DNA of 64,000 bases from Pelomyxa schiedti (Eukaryota > Protista > Evosea), in contig JAHLWZ010000579.1 of NCBI GenBank assembly GCA_020536535.1, forward strand, positions 62,001 through 126,000, in the 5' to 3' direction. A program made the translations under genes and the position numbers. Numbering within the stretch: position 1 is the stretch's first letter; each line of letters opens with the position of its first letter. This document shows positions 14,657 through 28,200 of this stretch, one piece after another. The notes under the pieces are model-generated. The model made no database searches and was not told the DNA's origin. It saw nothing but the letters and a program-made list of their open reading frames with translations.

Positions 14657-15072
14657 TTCAAAGGGAAAAACCGCAACAACGACGGGGAAAAGGAAAAAAA
14701 AAAAAGGAAACATCCATCCACTTTGGGGAATCCGTCCACACTTTGGATGGGGAAAGCGGAGATGGGGAAAAAAAAGTTGTCAACAACCCCAATCACTGTA
14801 CATAGAGGCAGAAGGCAAAGTGGAAAAATATCAAAATCAAAATTATTTCAGATTTCGTTTGTTGGCTACGAAGCGGCAATTAAGGGGGCAGGGGCGAAAA
14901 TCCAAGTAGTAGTAGGGGTGTCCCACAATGCACAACTGCAAGTCACGATCGAAAAAGTTTGCAAACTTTTTCCAACTTGAGAAGTTGACCTGGTATGGCA
15001 CGCAAAAAGTTGGTGTGTCTTTACCTTGTTTCCTCCCTTTCTTTCTATTCTATGACCTTGACCTTGTGCACA

Positions 15073-17544
15073 ATGGCTTGGTCGTTTTTTTCTTTCTCTA
15101 TCTACACTACGTATATGTAAGACATTTTTTTATTTCCTTTGGGTTTTTTTTTTTGTCTAAAGACAATGTTGGGCAGTAAAAATCAAGGATACTCGAGCGG
15201 CAATTATATATTGGCTTCTTGTGGCGGGTGCAATATTTGCTGTATTGTTTTGGTTCATCTATTGGGAGTCTGGGTGGGCTGTGTGGGATACAATGGAGGG
15301 CACTTCGAAAACTTTTGTCAGTCTGGTAGGTTTTTATACTGTCACTTTTTTATTCATCTCTTAACATTGTATTTATTTTTTTTTTTTTTGCTTCTTCTTT
15401 CCTCGGTCAGTCCTAATATTCATCCACCATTAGCCTGATAACCAGTATCTCACACTCCAGTCAGTCCAAGACAGCTGCAATTCCATATGTGCTGGGAAGG
15501 TAAATTTCATGTGGAAACCTGTTAATAACACCAAAAGAGTGCATGCCTATGTGAGTTCCAGGACTCAGCAGACCTTGTGTACCCGGAAGAACAAGAAACA
15601 GCAATGTTCGTGGCAACAAGGTTATTTGGCTTCGGTATGAAGTTATTTGCTAACTTCACCCAGAGTCAATATTACTATGAACCAGATACTGAACCCTTCT
15701 CCTTGTTCTGGCTTCTCTTCAGTTTGTTGTGTGTCACCTGCACCGAGTTTAATGGCGTTAACATTCGTTTCAGCACAACAATGGATTGGTGGGACACAAA
15801 AATCTATCGAATTTCCTCTGATAGATAAGTTTAAGGTCCACCAACATTGCTTGTTTTCCTAAAACTGAATTTTCTTTAGTTCTCGGCCTACACTGAGGCA
15901 ATAGCACCTCATTTTTTTATTCTCGATGGTGAAAAGTGGCAAGTACAATCTGAAGATCTATGGGGACAAGTTATTGGACCTACAGGCATGGTCCTCCCAC
16001 TGAAATTGGCCAGTCTGACTCTGCACTCTTTCTAAGGTCATGTTGTGCAGGATATTCCTCGGGGAGAAATTGATTTTATCGACATGGATGTTTTACTATC
16101 AGCAGCTGGAGTCGATCACGCCAAGCAACGGGAGGATGGAGGCCTTTTGAGAGTGGAAATAACTTTTGGGGATTGTAAAAGCTTGCTGTAATATTTTCGT
16201 ATATATAAGGCCGTAAGTAACAACTTACAGTGTAGATAAGTCCTCCCGTAAACAATGCAAATCGTGGCGCCGACATAACAATAAGCAAATCAATTACTAC
16301 CAGTATCGTGTAACACTGATGGAAAACCCACCTTACCATGTCAAGAGAGAAGTAAGTGCCTCTTGTATTACATAACTTCAATTTTCCAAGGTCTACAACC
16401 CTGGTGACATGACTACCAGGACACTGTGGGATGCAACTGGATATAGGTTGAGAATAATTTCCCTTCGATGTTTTAATGCTTCGCAGTTTTCGAGTTGTGA
16501 TACAAGGGACACCCTTGCGTTTCAACCCATGGGCACTTTATGGCAGTCTCATTATTTTCTATATTTTCTTTTCTATATCCACGATTCTTGTGGATGGAAT
16601 TGTCTTCTTTTTACTTCCTGGTCGTCGTCTTTACCGCAGTGCTAAGTAACACACTAGCTTTCTCAGATTCCCACTGACCCAACCAAGATATTCTTCAACG
16701 AGAAATCTCCGAGATTTGAGAGCAGAAATTGCTAAAGAAAGAAATTTCAAACAAAAGTCTAATAGTCTTCGTACGTTGGTAAAAACACAAGGAATTGAGA
16801 CAGTAACTGAGACTCTCGATCAAACTGCACAAGTATCACCCTTTTTGTATATACTCATGATAACTAGTTTTTCCGTGCAGGAAACCCATTGGACCCAAGT
16901 TGAACAAGACCAACTTGTATTAGTATGTGTTGAAGTGTATTCTGAATATAGAGATTTATCAGCAGCAACCGCTCTGTCACAAAGGTTCTATTTTCTTCTG
17001 GTGGTTAATAGTACCTCACTCCAATTCCAGGTTAGTTACTCCCGAGGCAAAGCTCAAGGGTCTACTACTGTCTGACCTTTTCCAAGACGCTTACGACCTA
17101 GCAGTCACTTTACCTGACCCCGCCAGGTAAAGTAAAATCCCACTCCCCCTTTGGTTTGCATCATTTCAAGTGTTTCTCACCCAGTCGGGGGCTTTTTTTA
17201 GGTGGGTACAAATGGTGAAGCAGAATTCCACCAGCACCGCTGTCCTGCACAAATGTGAAGCATTTTTGCGCACCGGCCGCAAGCGGGCACCAACTCTTCT
17301 GCCCACACCATCATCCATGTCACTTGTTGACAAACCACTGAGCACAACAACCCCTGTATTACCAGAATCAACTCCTCCCCCATTTACTGATACAACAACA
17401 CCAGCACCAACAACAAGTACCACAACCACTACATCAACTTCAGCACCAGCAAACACCACTCCCACAACACCAGACCCCTCATTGCTATTCTCTGTTATGG
17501 AACCCACCCCCAAAGAAACAGAAACACCAGCCTCAAAATCGTAG
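15073..17544 (+). CDS. Divergent P2X receptor-family ion channel (Dictyostelium type) with long C-terminal extension
   Basis: Spliced: YTT..VKIKDTRAAIIYWLLVAGAIFAVLFWFIYWESGW (TM1), CEFQDSADLVYPEEQETAMFVATRV, IDFIDMDVLLSAAGVD, YQYRVT, RTLWDATGYRLRIIS, GTPLRFNPWALYGSLIIFYIFFSISTILVDGIVFFLLP (TM2) in P2X order. Confidence 0.8.
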
Positions 17545-17599
17545 GAATTCTCCCACATTGGGAATCAAAAAAAAAATTTTTTTGTTTGTCAAAACATTT

Positions 17600-20307
17600 T
17601 TACAATCTTCTCACAACGGGCTTTAGTTCGTCCTGCCTTCTACGCATTAACTGTCCCAGAGAAGCCTCAACATCTAAAAAAAAAAGCCCCAGAATAAGAA
17701 AATAGAAGTGCGTGGCTATTAAAAGGATGATAGAACCAACCTTTTGAGAGTGGGTAGGCTGAAGCACCCTGAGGTATATTGTGTAGCAAAGTCATAATTT
17801 CCTTATCCAGTTTCGCAACAGTACGGTACGGCCACTTGCGGGATCGAACAGCTTCTTTCCATCTCTTGCTGAGGGTTGATGTGGGTATACCTAACTTATG
17901 AGCGGCGTCCGCTTGTGGTAGTGTAAGGTATTCGGTGATGTCAACATACCTTGGGGATGAGAATAAGTTTTGGAATATATTGTTGGGTGTGGAAGTGTAA
18001 GGTGAAAGAAGGAATAAATACTTGTGACCGGGCTGTGAAGCAACGTGTAGAGCAGGGGAAGCACTTCCAAATGGTTCCAGTGAGTTTTCTGGTGGAGGTG
18101 CCATTTCTTCAGATTCCTGCATTAGCTAAGAGAAATTCAATTGAGTGTTTTCACTTACATCAATATCAGCCCGAGAAGAAGAGCGGGACCTACGGCGTGA
18201 CCGAGAACGGGAAGCTTGTCTTGGGCTCATATTCATCAAATATCTATCTTGCAAGGAAGAACCTGTGTACTTGTTAATATAACTAAACATAACAATACTG
18301 AGGTGTTAACCTCAGTATACTGAATAGAGAGGAGAGACATACTATCTCTTATGGCGATAGACATGTCCTGAATCATGGGAGCGGATGAGGGTGTTGTTGT
18401 GCTCGAGTGTACAACCGGAGGTAACTCTATAGAATTCGAGTTCTGTTGTCCTAGATTTCCGCTGGCGGGACTATGCTGAGTTGGAGATAACGACCCCGAG
18501 TTAGCCCTTTGTGCCGGTATTCCAGGCGGATTCTGGTATACTGGGGGTACCATGGAAACACCAACATTAGCTCCCTGCTTTAACGGAGGAAAAAATGAGA
18601 AGTGCTTTGATAAAGACGGAAACTTACGTCAAGGGGAAGTAACCTCGATGTTGAGGAGACATTCCCAGAGCTAACCCCAACATTCATTCCCATGGCTCCG
18701 TGGGCCAAGTTGATTTGCTGAAATTGGTTTGGCAGTTGCTGTACATGTGTAGATTGGAGGAGGTTGCTAGTGCCGATTGAACCAGGAGGTAGCTGACCAC
18801 TCGACACAGTTTGAGAAGCACCCATTCCAGTAAGAACACCAGTAGGCGGGTTGGTAGTTCCAGATGGGGTTTGTGTGACCATTTGTGTTGGAGAGACGAA
18901 CGGAAGACCGGGGGACCAAGGATTTATTCCCATCAACATGCTGGGATTAACAAGTCCGAGTAGGGACTCGTCAGTAGGTAATGGTGTAGGAGATGGGACA
19001 ACTTGTGGAAGAGGGCTGTTGTTGTTAAGTGAAGTCAGAGGAATTGGTTGTGCTTGAGGAGATGCGGAATGTTGGTGTGTTTGAGGCATAGAAGGTTGGT
19101 TTCCATTAAGTACACCTGGAATGCCAGTTGAATTTGCTTGCATATGGTTTGTGTTGCGGGATACTGACATTCTTGCTGAGGGGATTGTGTTATGTGAGGG
19201 TACTGACTGACTATTCACAACTGGCGAATTTGAGGTGAGTCCTGTTGCAGAAGTGTGTGAGGGTGCTGCGGCAGCGGTGGCAAGTGCTAGCTGAAGTTGT
19301 GGGTGTGGCATGGATGAAAGATTCCTGGGTAGACCGTCTGTATTTAAAGACACATGGGGACCTTCGACAGGTGAATGTTGAGTTGAGAAGCCACCACCCT
19401 GAACTAAAGCATAAATAAGAACAAAGCCCACCCACGAGAATAGAGGATATATCCCCACAGAAGATATGTATGTATCTTTCACTCCCCCATTTTTCAAACA
19501 CCAATACTAACCTTGCTGTGAGTGAGATAGGACGACACCAGGAGAGGGAGGGGACGGCGGGCCGATTATGGGAGAAGGATTGCTTCCCAATCTGACCAAG
19601 GGTGAAATGAGACTGTGACCCACAGAGCCAGGCACTGAAATGCAATTTGGTGTTGTCCCTGATGTTTGTGGTGGTGGCTGTGGGTACCCATAATTGCCGT
19701 TCATGGGGCTCCCACCTCCACCACCTCCAGAGGTCGGAGGCGAAGCCGCGTGCATCCCACCAACAACGACACCACAACCTCCGCCGCCATAAATAGACCC
19801 AAAGGCTGCGGGCTGCTGCTGCTGTTGCTGCTGCTGCCGGGTGTCCTGCCGCGAGGGATTATGGGATTGGTTTTGGAGTAAGGCCCCTCGTTGGGCGGCC
19901 AGGAGCTGCTGCGCGCTGTTGATGTTGATGTTGATGTTGCACGAGTCCGTGTCCGAAGGGGGAGACGAGTGGCGCGAGGACGGCGCCGCGGTGTGGGTTG
20001 GGGACACCGGTGGGACCTGCGACGGCGACGGCTGCGTGATCGGAGACTGGGACTGGGAGTGGGACGACTGCGGGGAGTTGGGGTCGGCGCGCGACGGCGA
20101 CGCCGGGCACGCGAACGGCGACGAGGCGTCGCCCCCGGGGCCCGAGATCGGCGACGAGGCGGGAGACGACGACGAGCCGTTGTTGCCGCGCAGGGGCGAC
20201 GACGAGCCGACGCCGAAGCCGCCGCCTACGGGCGAATTGGCGCCGACGTTGTTGGGGCTTGTTTGTCCATGCAGACGAACGGAGCCGAGGGGGTTTTCGG
20301 CTTTCAT
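17600..20307 (-). CDS. RWP-RK domain transcription factor with long Ser/Pro/Gln low-complexity N-terminus
   Basis: DITEYLTLPQADAAHKLGIPTSTLSKRWKEAVRSRKWPYRTVAKLDKEI, then a coiled-coil ending LKPVVRRL-TAA. Confidence 0.88.
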
Positions 20308-20477
20308 GGAGTTTTCGTGTGGTTGTCCTTGGTGCGGAGGTTGGTGTGTTGTCAGGGAAATTTCCTTTGTTTTCTTTTTAGAAAAGATCCGACTAGAGAA
20401 AACTGCAATTTAGAAGAGGTTTTGTTGGTGCTTTTTTTAGCCCGACAGTGTTGGTGTGTTGTTGCTCTTCTTTGTCT

Positions 20478-22398
20478 TTACAGACAAAGAAGAATGAGTA
20501 TAAACATTGTGAATGGGAGGGTGAAATGGAGTTGTAGACAAGTGCCACTACTGTAGCAATTTGTGGTCTGTGTCCAGGTCAGTGAAGATATACTGGGGTC
20601 ACAGACAAGGCATGGATCAACAGGTGATGTGGATGTTGTGGTGATGCACACGCCGTCAATCCAGCACCGCGTGCCATCGGCGACGCACGCGCACATGTCG
20701 ACTGGCCTTGTTGGTGTGGCAATGCAAGGGCTTGTGTAGGTGTCGGTGTCGTACAGGCAGTTTTGTGAAACGTTACTAGAAAAAAGGTGAATTGGCAAAT
20801 AACCACAGGCAAAGCAGCACATACCAGGACAAGTGAGGTGAGGTGGCGTTTGGGGGTGTCCCACTGAAAAGATTGTTGGCCAAGTTCCTACGACACTTAG
20901 AGAGATAAAAGACCGACGCTACACACAATGACTCGAGATTCTTCAAGATAATTGTATTGGGGATAGTGCCACGAAACTGGTTTTCTGACAAGTCACTGTA
21001 TTTGTTCCATATTAAGACAGTGAAATTAGAAACTACACTGCACACAAAAACTTTAGGTGTGAAGACGTTGTCCAGGCGTTCGAAATTACACCAGAAAATT
21101 GGTTGTGGTCAAGATAACTAGGACTTGTAAAAAAGAAAATTACAGATGAGAGAAAAAACATGTATGTGATACTACTGAGATTAAAAACGCAGTCAGGGAC
21201 GGTTCCATAAAGCTGGTTGTTTGAAAGTATTCTACACTTGGTTTAGCAACCTCAGAAAAAAGTGGGATTCATACAGATAAACTACTTCAGATACATTGCA
21301 CACAGACGGGGGAATTGTTCCTGTGAGCAAGTTTCCGCCCAAATCCCTTAAACTTCATTAGCGGTGCTTATGTAACCCTGCAGCATACAAAGATAAAAGC
21401 CTCGTAAGAGAGAATAGTGAAGAAGGCACCGTTCCAGCTAGATTGTTCTCGGCCAACCAACTGTGAGTAGTACGTTAAAATTACTACAGAAGTGGTATAA
21501 AGCAAACATATGCTCCAAATAGGGAAGGTTTCCCAATTCACTGGGAACCGTTCCATCGAGGTTGTTCCACATAAATGATCTGTAGGCTTCATCAGGAAAA
21601 GGAAAAAAAGGTAGGGAAACTAACATTAACTCCACAGCCGACAAATTACTAACGGCTGCAGGAATCGAGCCAGTCAAAGTATTGTTCTCGAGGTTACTGC
21701 CTTGGTTATTTGGAAAAGAATCCGATATTACACACATGTATAATATAGTCGATAACATTAAAGAGGCCGGAATCGTGCCGGAAAGTCGATTGTTTAGTGA
21801 AGACCTGTGACAAAATTAATGTCGTGGATTGCTGCCTCACTGGAGAAAAAAAACCTACCAGGTAGAGACGGTCATCATTGAAGTGAAAACATCAGGTATA
21901 GAACCGGTTAAGTCGTTAAAGTCAAATTCCCTGTTCAAGACTAAGTACCGAGTAAATCTTTAGCAGCGTCAAACATTTGTTGAGCCTCCCATAAGTTTCC
22001 TATCGACGGAGGAAGGGTCCCACTCATATTACTATACGAAAGAGATCTTTTCCCAGTGTTAGGAGTGGCGGGTGCGGAAAAGCAGAAAAAAAACTCCTAC
22101 AATCCTTTGACGTGGCCGTTCGAATTGCACGTGACACCAGAGAGCGGGTGTTGACAAGGTGACGTGAAGGAACAAGGATCCAAGACCCATTTAGAAGGAG
22201 AGTTTGTGCGCTTTATATCGCACAGCGTAGAGGCTTCTTCCAACAAGGTAGATCCATCAGCCTCCAGGACGATCGCCAACACCACAAATAACAAGTAAAA
22301 CACGGACCGCCGTTCTACAGCACGCACTGACGCCAGATCTTGAGTGCGAAACGAATGAAGAGATAATTGAAACCTGAGTGCGCACGAGGCCGACGCAT
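20478..22398 (-). CDS. Secreted/surface leucine-rich-repeat protein (plant-type LRRs, Cys-rich juxtamembrane region, hydrophobic C-tail; probable GPI anchor)
   Basis: Hydrophobic leader VFYLLFVVLAIVLEA, N-cap PC..GVTCNSNGHV, repeats NxLTGSIP/NNLDGTVPSELGNL/NQFRGTIP, Cys-rich CWIDGVC..DPCLVCDP, tail FTMFILILLCL. Confidence 0.85.
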
Positions 22399-22669
22399 AA
22401 ATTGGATGATCTGTTAAAAGCAAGATAAAAATGAAAAGAAAAAATGTATCTCTTAATTGTTTTTTTTCCCTCTTTTTCTTAGACTGGATCGGCCTGTACA
22501 GTTGCACGCCCCGAGTGTTGCTCTAATTCCTCCCTTGTAACATGTGGCTGAAATAAAAAAACACCAGACCGCCGAGACTGGGCGATGACACGAAAACGAC
22601 AGCGTTCCGGTCTGTTGATTATTTTATTCAACCATGTTACAACAAAAGTGCAGTGATTCCCCTGCATGT

Positions 22670-24259
22670 TCACTCAGCCCCAGTCCAGATCTCATAAAAA
22701 CATAAAAATGCCGTTACAATCGAGTACACCTTGGTGGAGGGAGCGGTGGGTTAGAATTTTTGCACGTGGGGATCTTGGCTTGGGTCGTTGTGTAGTGCAT
22801 ACCCCTAGTATGGATGTTGCTATTCCTACGGCATAGCGTAGAACTTTGGTGCGGACAATTCGTGTGAGGTAGGCGGCGAAGGGAGTTGCTAAAGTAGATC
22901 CAATGATGAGGTAAACCACCAGGTCGTAATCACCTTTACTGCCTGTGGGTGTCATTTAGATTTCATGGGGAAAGCTGGTTTTGCGCGGAACCTATGCCCT
23001 GAATGGCGTTGCAAGCTAGGGAGCAAATTATACCACACAGGCTTATTATTGCCTCGGAAGCAGATGTTGCTGCTATTGCGTTTTTTTGTGGCCGACCGCA
23101 TATCTGTCAAAGTTAGATTTCACCCAGTTTAGGGATTGCAATGACACCATTTGGCCCGAAACCGCAATAGGTCCGTAACCTCCTCCACTTATCCCCTTGT
23201 TGAACCCCGTTATCACTCCCAGAATCGCGATTTTCCACCATCTGTAGCTTACCTAAAATCTGTGTGAACAAGATTACACTTCGTGGCACTCATACAATTA
23301 GTCTGATTGCCGTAAAGAAGATTATTATGATTCCCATGGCAAGTACCATGATTGCTATGTACAGCTTTATTGCAAATTTTTGTTTTGCGGACCAAGAATA
23401 CTTCGCGTTAATGATCGTACTAATAATACAGCCTGCAACTCCAAATACAATAAGCAACGTAACTACCTGATTATTTAATTTATGTTAGTTCCCCTACCGA
23501 GTACGTTCTCCACTCTGGATTACCTGCATATCCTTGGTGAATTTGCATTGCTTAGCTTTAGCGTAGCATTTGACAAATAAACTGGTCTCCGATTTCTGAC
23601 TTTCCACATCCAAGTCCAATTCATCAGGAGTTTTCTGAACTTCCGGTCTTGCAGAAGGGCTAGATGGGGATGATGGAATTGCGGGTGATGTTTTATCACC
23701 TGAGTCATTTGTTTCATCGACAAACGCCTCAATCTATAATGAAATGTGATGAAGGGACAACGCATGAAAAGAAGTACGGCTTCGTCTCCAAGACCCTCCA
23801 TCTCCACTTCCTTTCTTACTTCAGCTTCATAGCTTTTATCTAGCCGGAGACATTTCACTACCGATTTGGGAAGATATTTATTTGGATCGAACCCTGTCCA
23901 AATCAGAAATAAGGCAAGAGGACTACGATCCAAGGCTTACCCCAATTGAGATTCTTGAAAAGCGTATGAAAAATCGTTGCAAGTATGCCAGAAGTTAGTT
24001 CCGACACAAGTACTGACTGTACAATAGTTTTCCTTTTCAAGGAGAAGGCAGGCGTCATCAAAATTGGAACTAGTGTGGTTCCATATCCCATGCCTAGTGA
24101 ACTGTCTGTTGTACTGTGAGCGTTTTTTGAGTGGGGTTGTTGGGAATTTGCATTACCTATCAGTTCACCAAAGAAAGATAGAAAAGGAATCACCACATAA
24201 ACCCATGTGGGGTTGGTATCCTCACTCCAAGAGCCAGTAACTGCTGTGCTGTTACTCAT
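22670..24259 (-). CDS. TauE/SafE-family (TSUP) sulfite/anion exporter
   Basis: DSSLGMGYGTTLVPILM; second repeat GVITGFNKGISGGGYGP, KNAIAATSASEAII, GSTLATPFAAYLTR; multiple TM helices. Confidence 0.85.
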
Positions 24260-25247
24260 ACAAACAAAACCAAAAATTTCTTCTTTTTGTTGTGTTTGGC
24301 CTAGCCACACCAATTTCGAGACAAACCAATCAATTGATGCGATCAAAGCATCAACCAAACCGCCGGAGCGAAAGTTTCTTCCAGGAAGGCCTCACCAGTG
24401 AACGTTGCACAAACAAACTTGCACTTGAAGATCGCAATGTCCAACCAACCCAGATTAGCTCTGTCCTCCCAGTTCAGTTCACTCCCGGCAGCCCTCCCAC
24501 AATAATCCCCTCGTGTCCCCAATACGCACCACCGGTAATCTTCCAAGGACACCACACAGAAGAATCCCCCAGAATACTATCAGTCTGGCCAATAGATGTG
24601 TCTCACCATATCCTGTGCCGATCAGGACAAGAACAGGCAAGACTGAGCAGTAATCGAGAATTGTCAACAACTACGACTGCACTACATCAGCAACAAACGA
24701 GTGTCGTAGAAGAAATTGGTTGTTATGACCTCTTCTCTCTGTGTGATCCCAGTGACCATTTTCTCCTGCCTTTCCTACTTAGTTGCCCGTCAGAGCCATT
24801 CTCCAGGCACCTGTACTTCTTACCCCTCACATGTGTTAAAGCTCCCACCAACACACTGAATCAACAACTACAACACACTACCACGTCACCTTCCTCCTCC
24901 CTGTAAACAAGAGAAATGCTAGTATTCTAGCAACCCACTTTTTCCCGCAAAATCGAGTTCTTGTTGTGTGATGCGAGAGGGGTGAAAGGGTGGGTATGAT
25001 GAGTGGTCGTGGCACAGCGGGAGTTGGTTGGGCTTGGGGTTGGGTGTCAGATGCATCTACCAACAGTGGTGTCTATCCATTTGGTCAGGGCCTGCACTGC
25101 GAAATAAAACAAAAAATAGCGGGTTCCTACCGCTTGCTTCAATTTGTTTTATGATTTCAACTTCGCCAAAATCAGTTGTAGGAGAAACTTAAATCAAACG
25201 TACGTTTTATTTTAAATCCAAGGTCGTTCGTTGGGTGTCTAATTTCA

Positions 25248-28200
25248 ATGAGAATAACGGTGGCACCCAAGGGAGGTGATTTCACGTCCCTTGGTGAGGC
25301 TATTGCTCATGCACCTCCTGATGCCAATATTCTGGTTTTATCTTTTTCGTCACTGCTTTTTTTTTTTTTCCCTCACTGTAAAATGGCTTGTTTTGTTTTT
25401 GGTTTTTGGTTTTTGGTTTTTTTTGTTTTTTTTCGGGTGGGTACGACAGGTTGTACCTGGTACATATGTGGAATCCAATATGCCTATTGTGATATCAAAA
25501 TCACTGTCTATAAGTCTGGCAAGTCCAACTGCACAGTGCAGAGGAAATGGATGCTCTGCAATAATTGTGCCATATGTAAATACCAAGTACGTGCACCTGA
25601 GGGACTGTTGTAGAAATTACCTTAGTGATGATTAATTATTGGTTTTGTCATATAAATGCTTCTTAGGGCTCCAGCAGGAGAAGCTCTGGTTGCAACTTTA
25701 ATGAGATCCAGTAGTCGTCGCATTACCAAGTCATCTTCACTTGCCTCCAGTAATGACTTACAGGGATTCATTACCACGGTTTGTGAGCCTGAAGGGTCCA
25801 GTGTTGTGACAGAAAGTGAATTTCCTCTTGAGGTTGAATATCGACGCAGGCCCATACTTTGTTGTTTTACCTTGTCACCAGCTTCCAATTGGAGTGTTCC
25901 AATTCAAGCTCAAAGATCGGCAGCATGCACCTGTGGGCCACCCCCTTCAAGAAACTTGGGTTCTCACGAATAAGACTGATTTACATTACCGGATGATGTT
26001 TATTTCTGATTCTAATGATAAGTTTGACTTGCAGTTTAAGCCAGAGTCAAGAAAAATGAAACCAGTGTGCCTCTTCCTTCTTATCAGTATAAAAACAGCC
26101 CATTGCTTATCCTAACAAGGGTCAAAAAGCAGCTGTTACGGTTACACTTATTCTTAAGTGCACAACTGAATTGAGGCGTAACATTCCAGTCATTGTGGAA
26201 GGTTTTCCTGAGTTACATGTGGGGAATCTAAGTTTGCTTCAAATAAAGGGTCACAGGTGCCTAGACAGCACGTGTACATTCCACTGAGAATTGGCTCACA
26301 GATCACGACTAAGCTGGATTTTGATGAGATAACAATGGGAGATAACCCTATTTGTGAAGATGAGCTAGCTGGTACATACCCAGGAACTTGGCGGTCCAGC
26401 AAGGTTACTCTCCCTATAGTCTTCACCTACCAACAGTAACTAGGTACAAGTAAAACTATTGAAAATACAAAATCCAGATGAAATCGCACTTCGCGATTTC
26501 ATGAGAACAGTCGAGTTAATGGACCAACTTAGTTGCTCGTCATTGATCAGTAACTCCAAGCAAAATACCCACACTGTAACAACACTTTAGAATTTCTTGG
26601 TGCTTCCTCTTCACCGGGAAAAATATGTATTGTTTTTGAACATGCTGCATGTGGTTCTCTTGAATCAGTTATTGCCCATAAAGTAGTTCCTGAAGCCTTC
26701 AAGAAAAGAGTTGTCACTGATATCGCCCATGGTCAGTTGCCATACTTTAATGACTCCGTTTTACTAAGTATTTGGTTAGGGATGGATTTTCTCCACAAGC
26801 ATGGTTCTTCCTATCATTTGCATTGCAACTCATGAAGCAACCCCATTAGGAGTAGTACACCATAAGCTTTCTCCTGTGACCGTGCTGATTACCTCTCTGG
26901 ATCATGAGTCTTCCACAGTTGCAAAGCTGAGGTGAATAGTCCTCAACCCAAGCCTGTGAAGTAATATCAAATAATGCATGTCAGTGAATTTGGATTTCCA
27001 CGGAGAGGACCTGATGAGCCTGATGGCTATTCTGTGGAAGCGAATACAATATCCTTTTAGTCATTGTACATGCCCATTTTATTTCCTTGACCTCCAACAC
27101 ATTTATACTGCTCCTGAGTTGTTTCGAGACAGAGCACCTTTTGAATACCCAGCCGATGTCTACAGGCACCTGATGAGGTCAACAACCAACTCACTAACTT
27201 CTTTCCATTACTATCAGTTTTGCTATGGTGCTTTATTTCCTTTTCAAAGGTGAACATCCATTTTGTGACCCTCACTTTGCTTCAGCAAAAGGTACATAAC
27301 CAAGGAATTGATACCTGCTTGGTTCACCTCTTTAGATATTGAAAGTTTTTTGGAAGAAGGAAAACGCTTACCTCTTGATTTTCCTTGTCCTCCCTTGTTG
27401 AAAAATCTCATAACTGAATGTTGGGCAGAGGATCCCCTATCACGGCCTGGTGGTTGAACACATTTTTTCCTCCCTTTAACACCTCTCAGATTTTCCAGCA
27501 ATTGTCAAAGAATTAGACCCAGAAAGAGGTTGCGTGAGATATTCTGCTAGTGAGCTTTCTGCACCACCTGATAATCGCTTGCTTGTTGTTAAAAACTGCA
27601 AGGTTGAAATCAAAGGTCATTCTTCCCTTTTTTTTTGAAAATTACACTCACTCAAAGGGATTGAATTTCGCGGACCTGTGCATGTTAATAACTCAGGCTC
27701 ACTCAGTATGGAGCAATGCTGCTTACCCTCAGTGGCTGCCACTGGCAGAGGCACACACATGTCATTACTTCAGTGTACCGTAGATCCCACTAAGTATGGT
27801 ACGGTATTTTATTGTGCTTTTTTCCTTTGCATTGGTTTTCATGTATCATAGGAGTGAATGCCCAATCGTCTTCCGTCAAGTATTTTTTTCGCCCTTCATA
27901 CCACTTCTCACTTTAATAGATTCAGTGAATATGCAGCAGGGACTTTAGACTTAAGCAGTATCTACACTGTTTTTAAACCAACGTTTTGACTTCGCATCAT
28001 AAGATGTATCGGCTTGCTCAATATCAGGCACAGGTATTGAAGTCAGTGGATTTGCTGAGCCCACAATAAGAGCTTGCTCGATAAGATATGGGCAAGTTGG
28101 TGTCTCTTTCTGGAAAAATGGGAATGGAGTGTATGTCCACCTCCGCCTTTCATTCTCGTTGATATAGTACCCTCTCAGTATCGAGAACTGTTGTATAAGC

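Noticed and set aside
24292-25063. 204-aa plus-strand ORF and small minus-strand ORFs between TauE and the kinase gene
   Set aside because: No ATG start or recognisable motifs; more likely divergent promoter or spliced 5' UTR.
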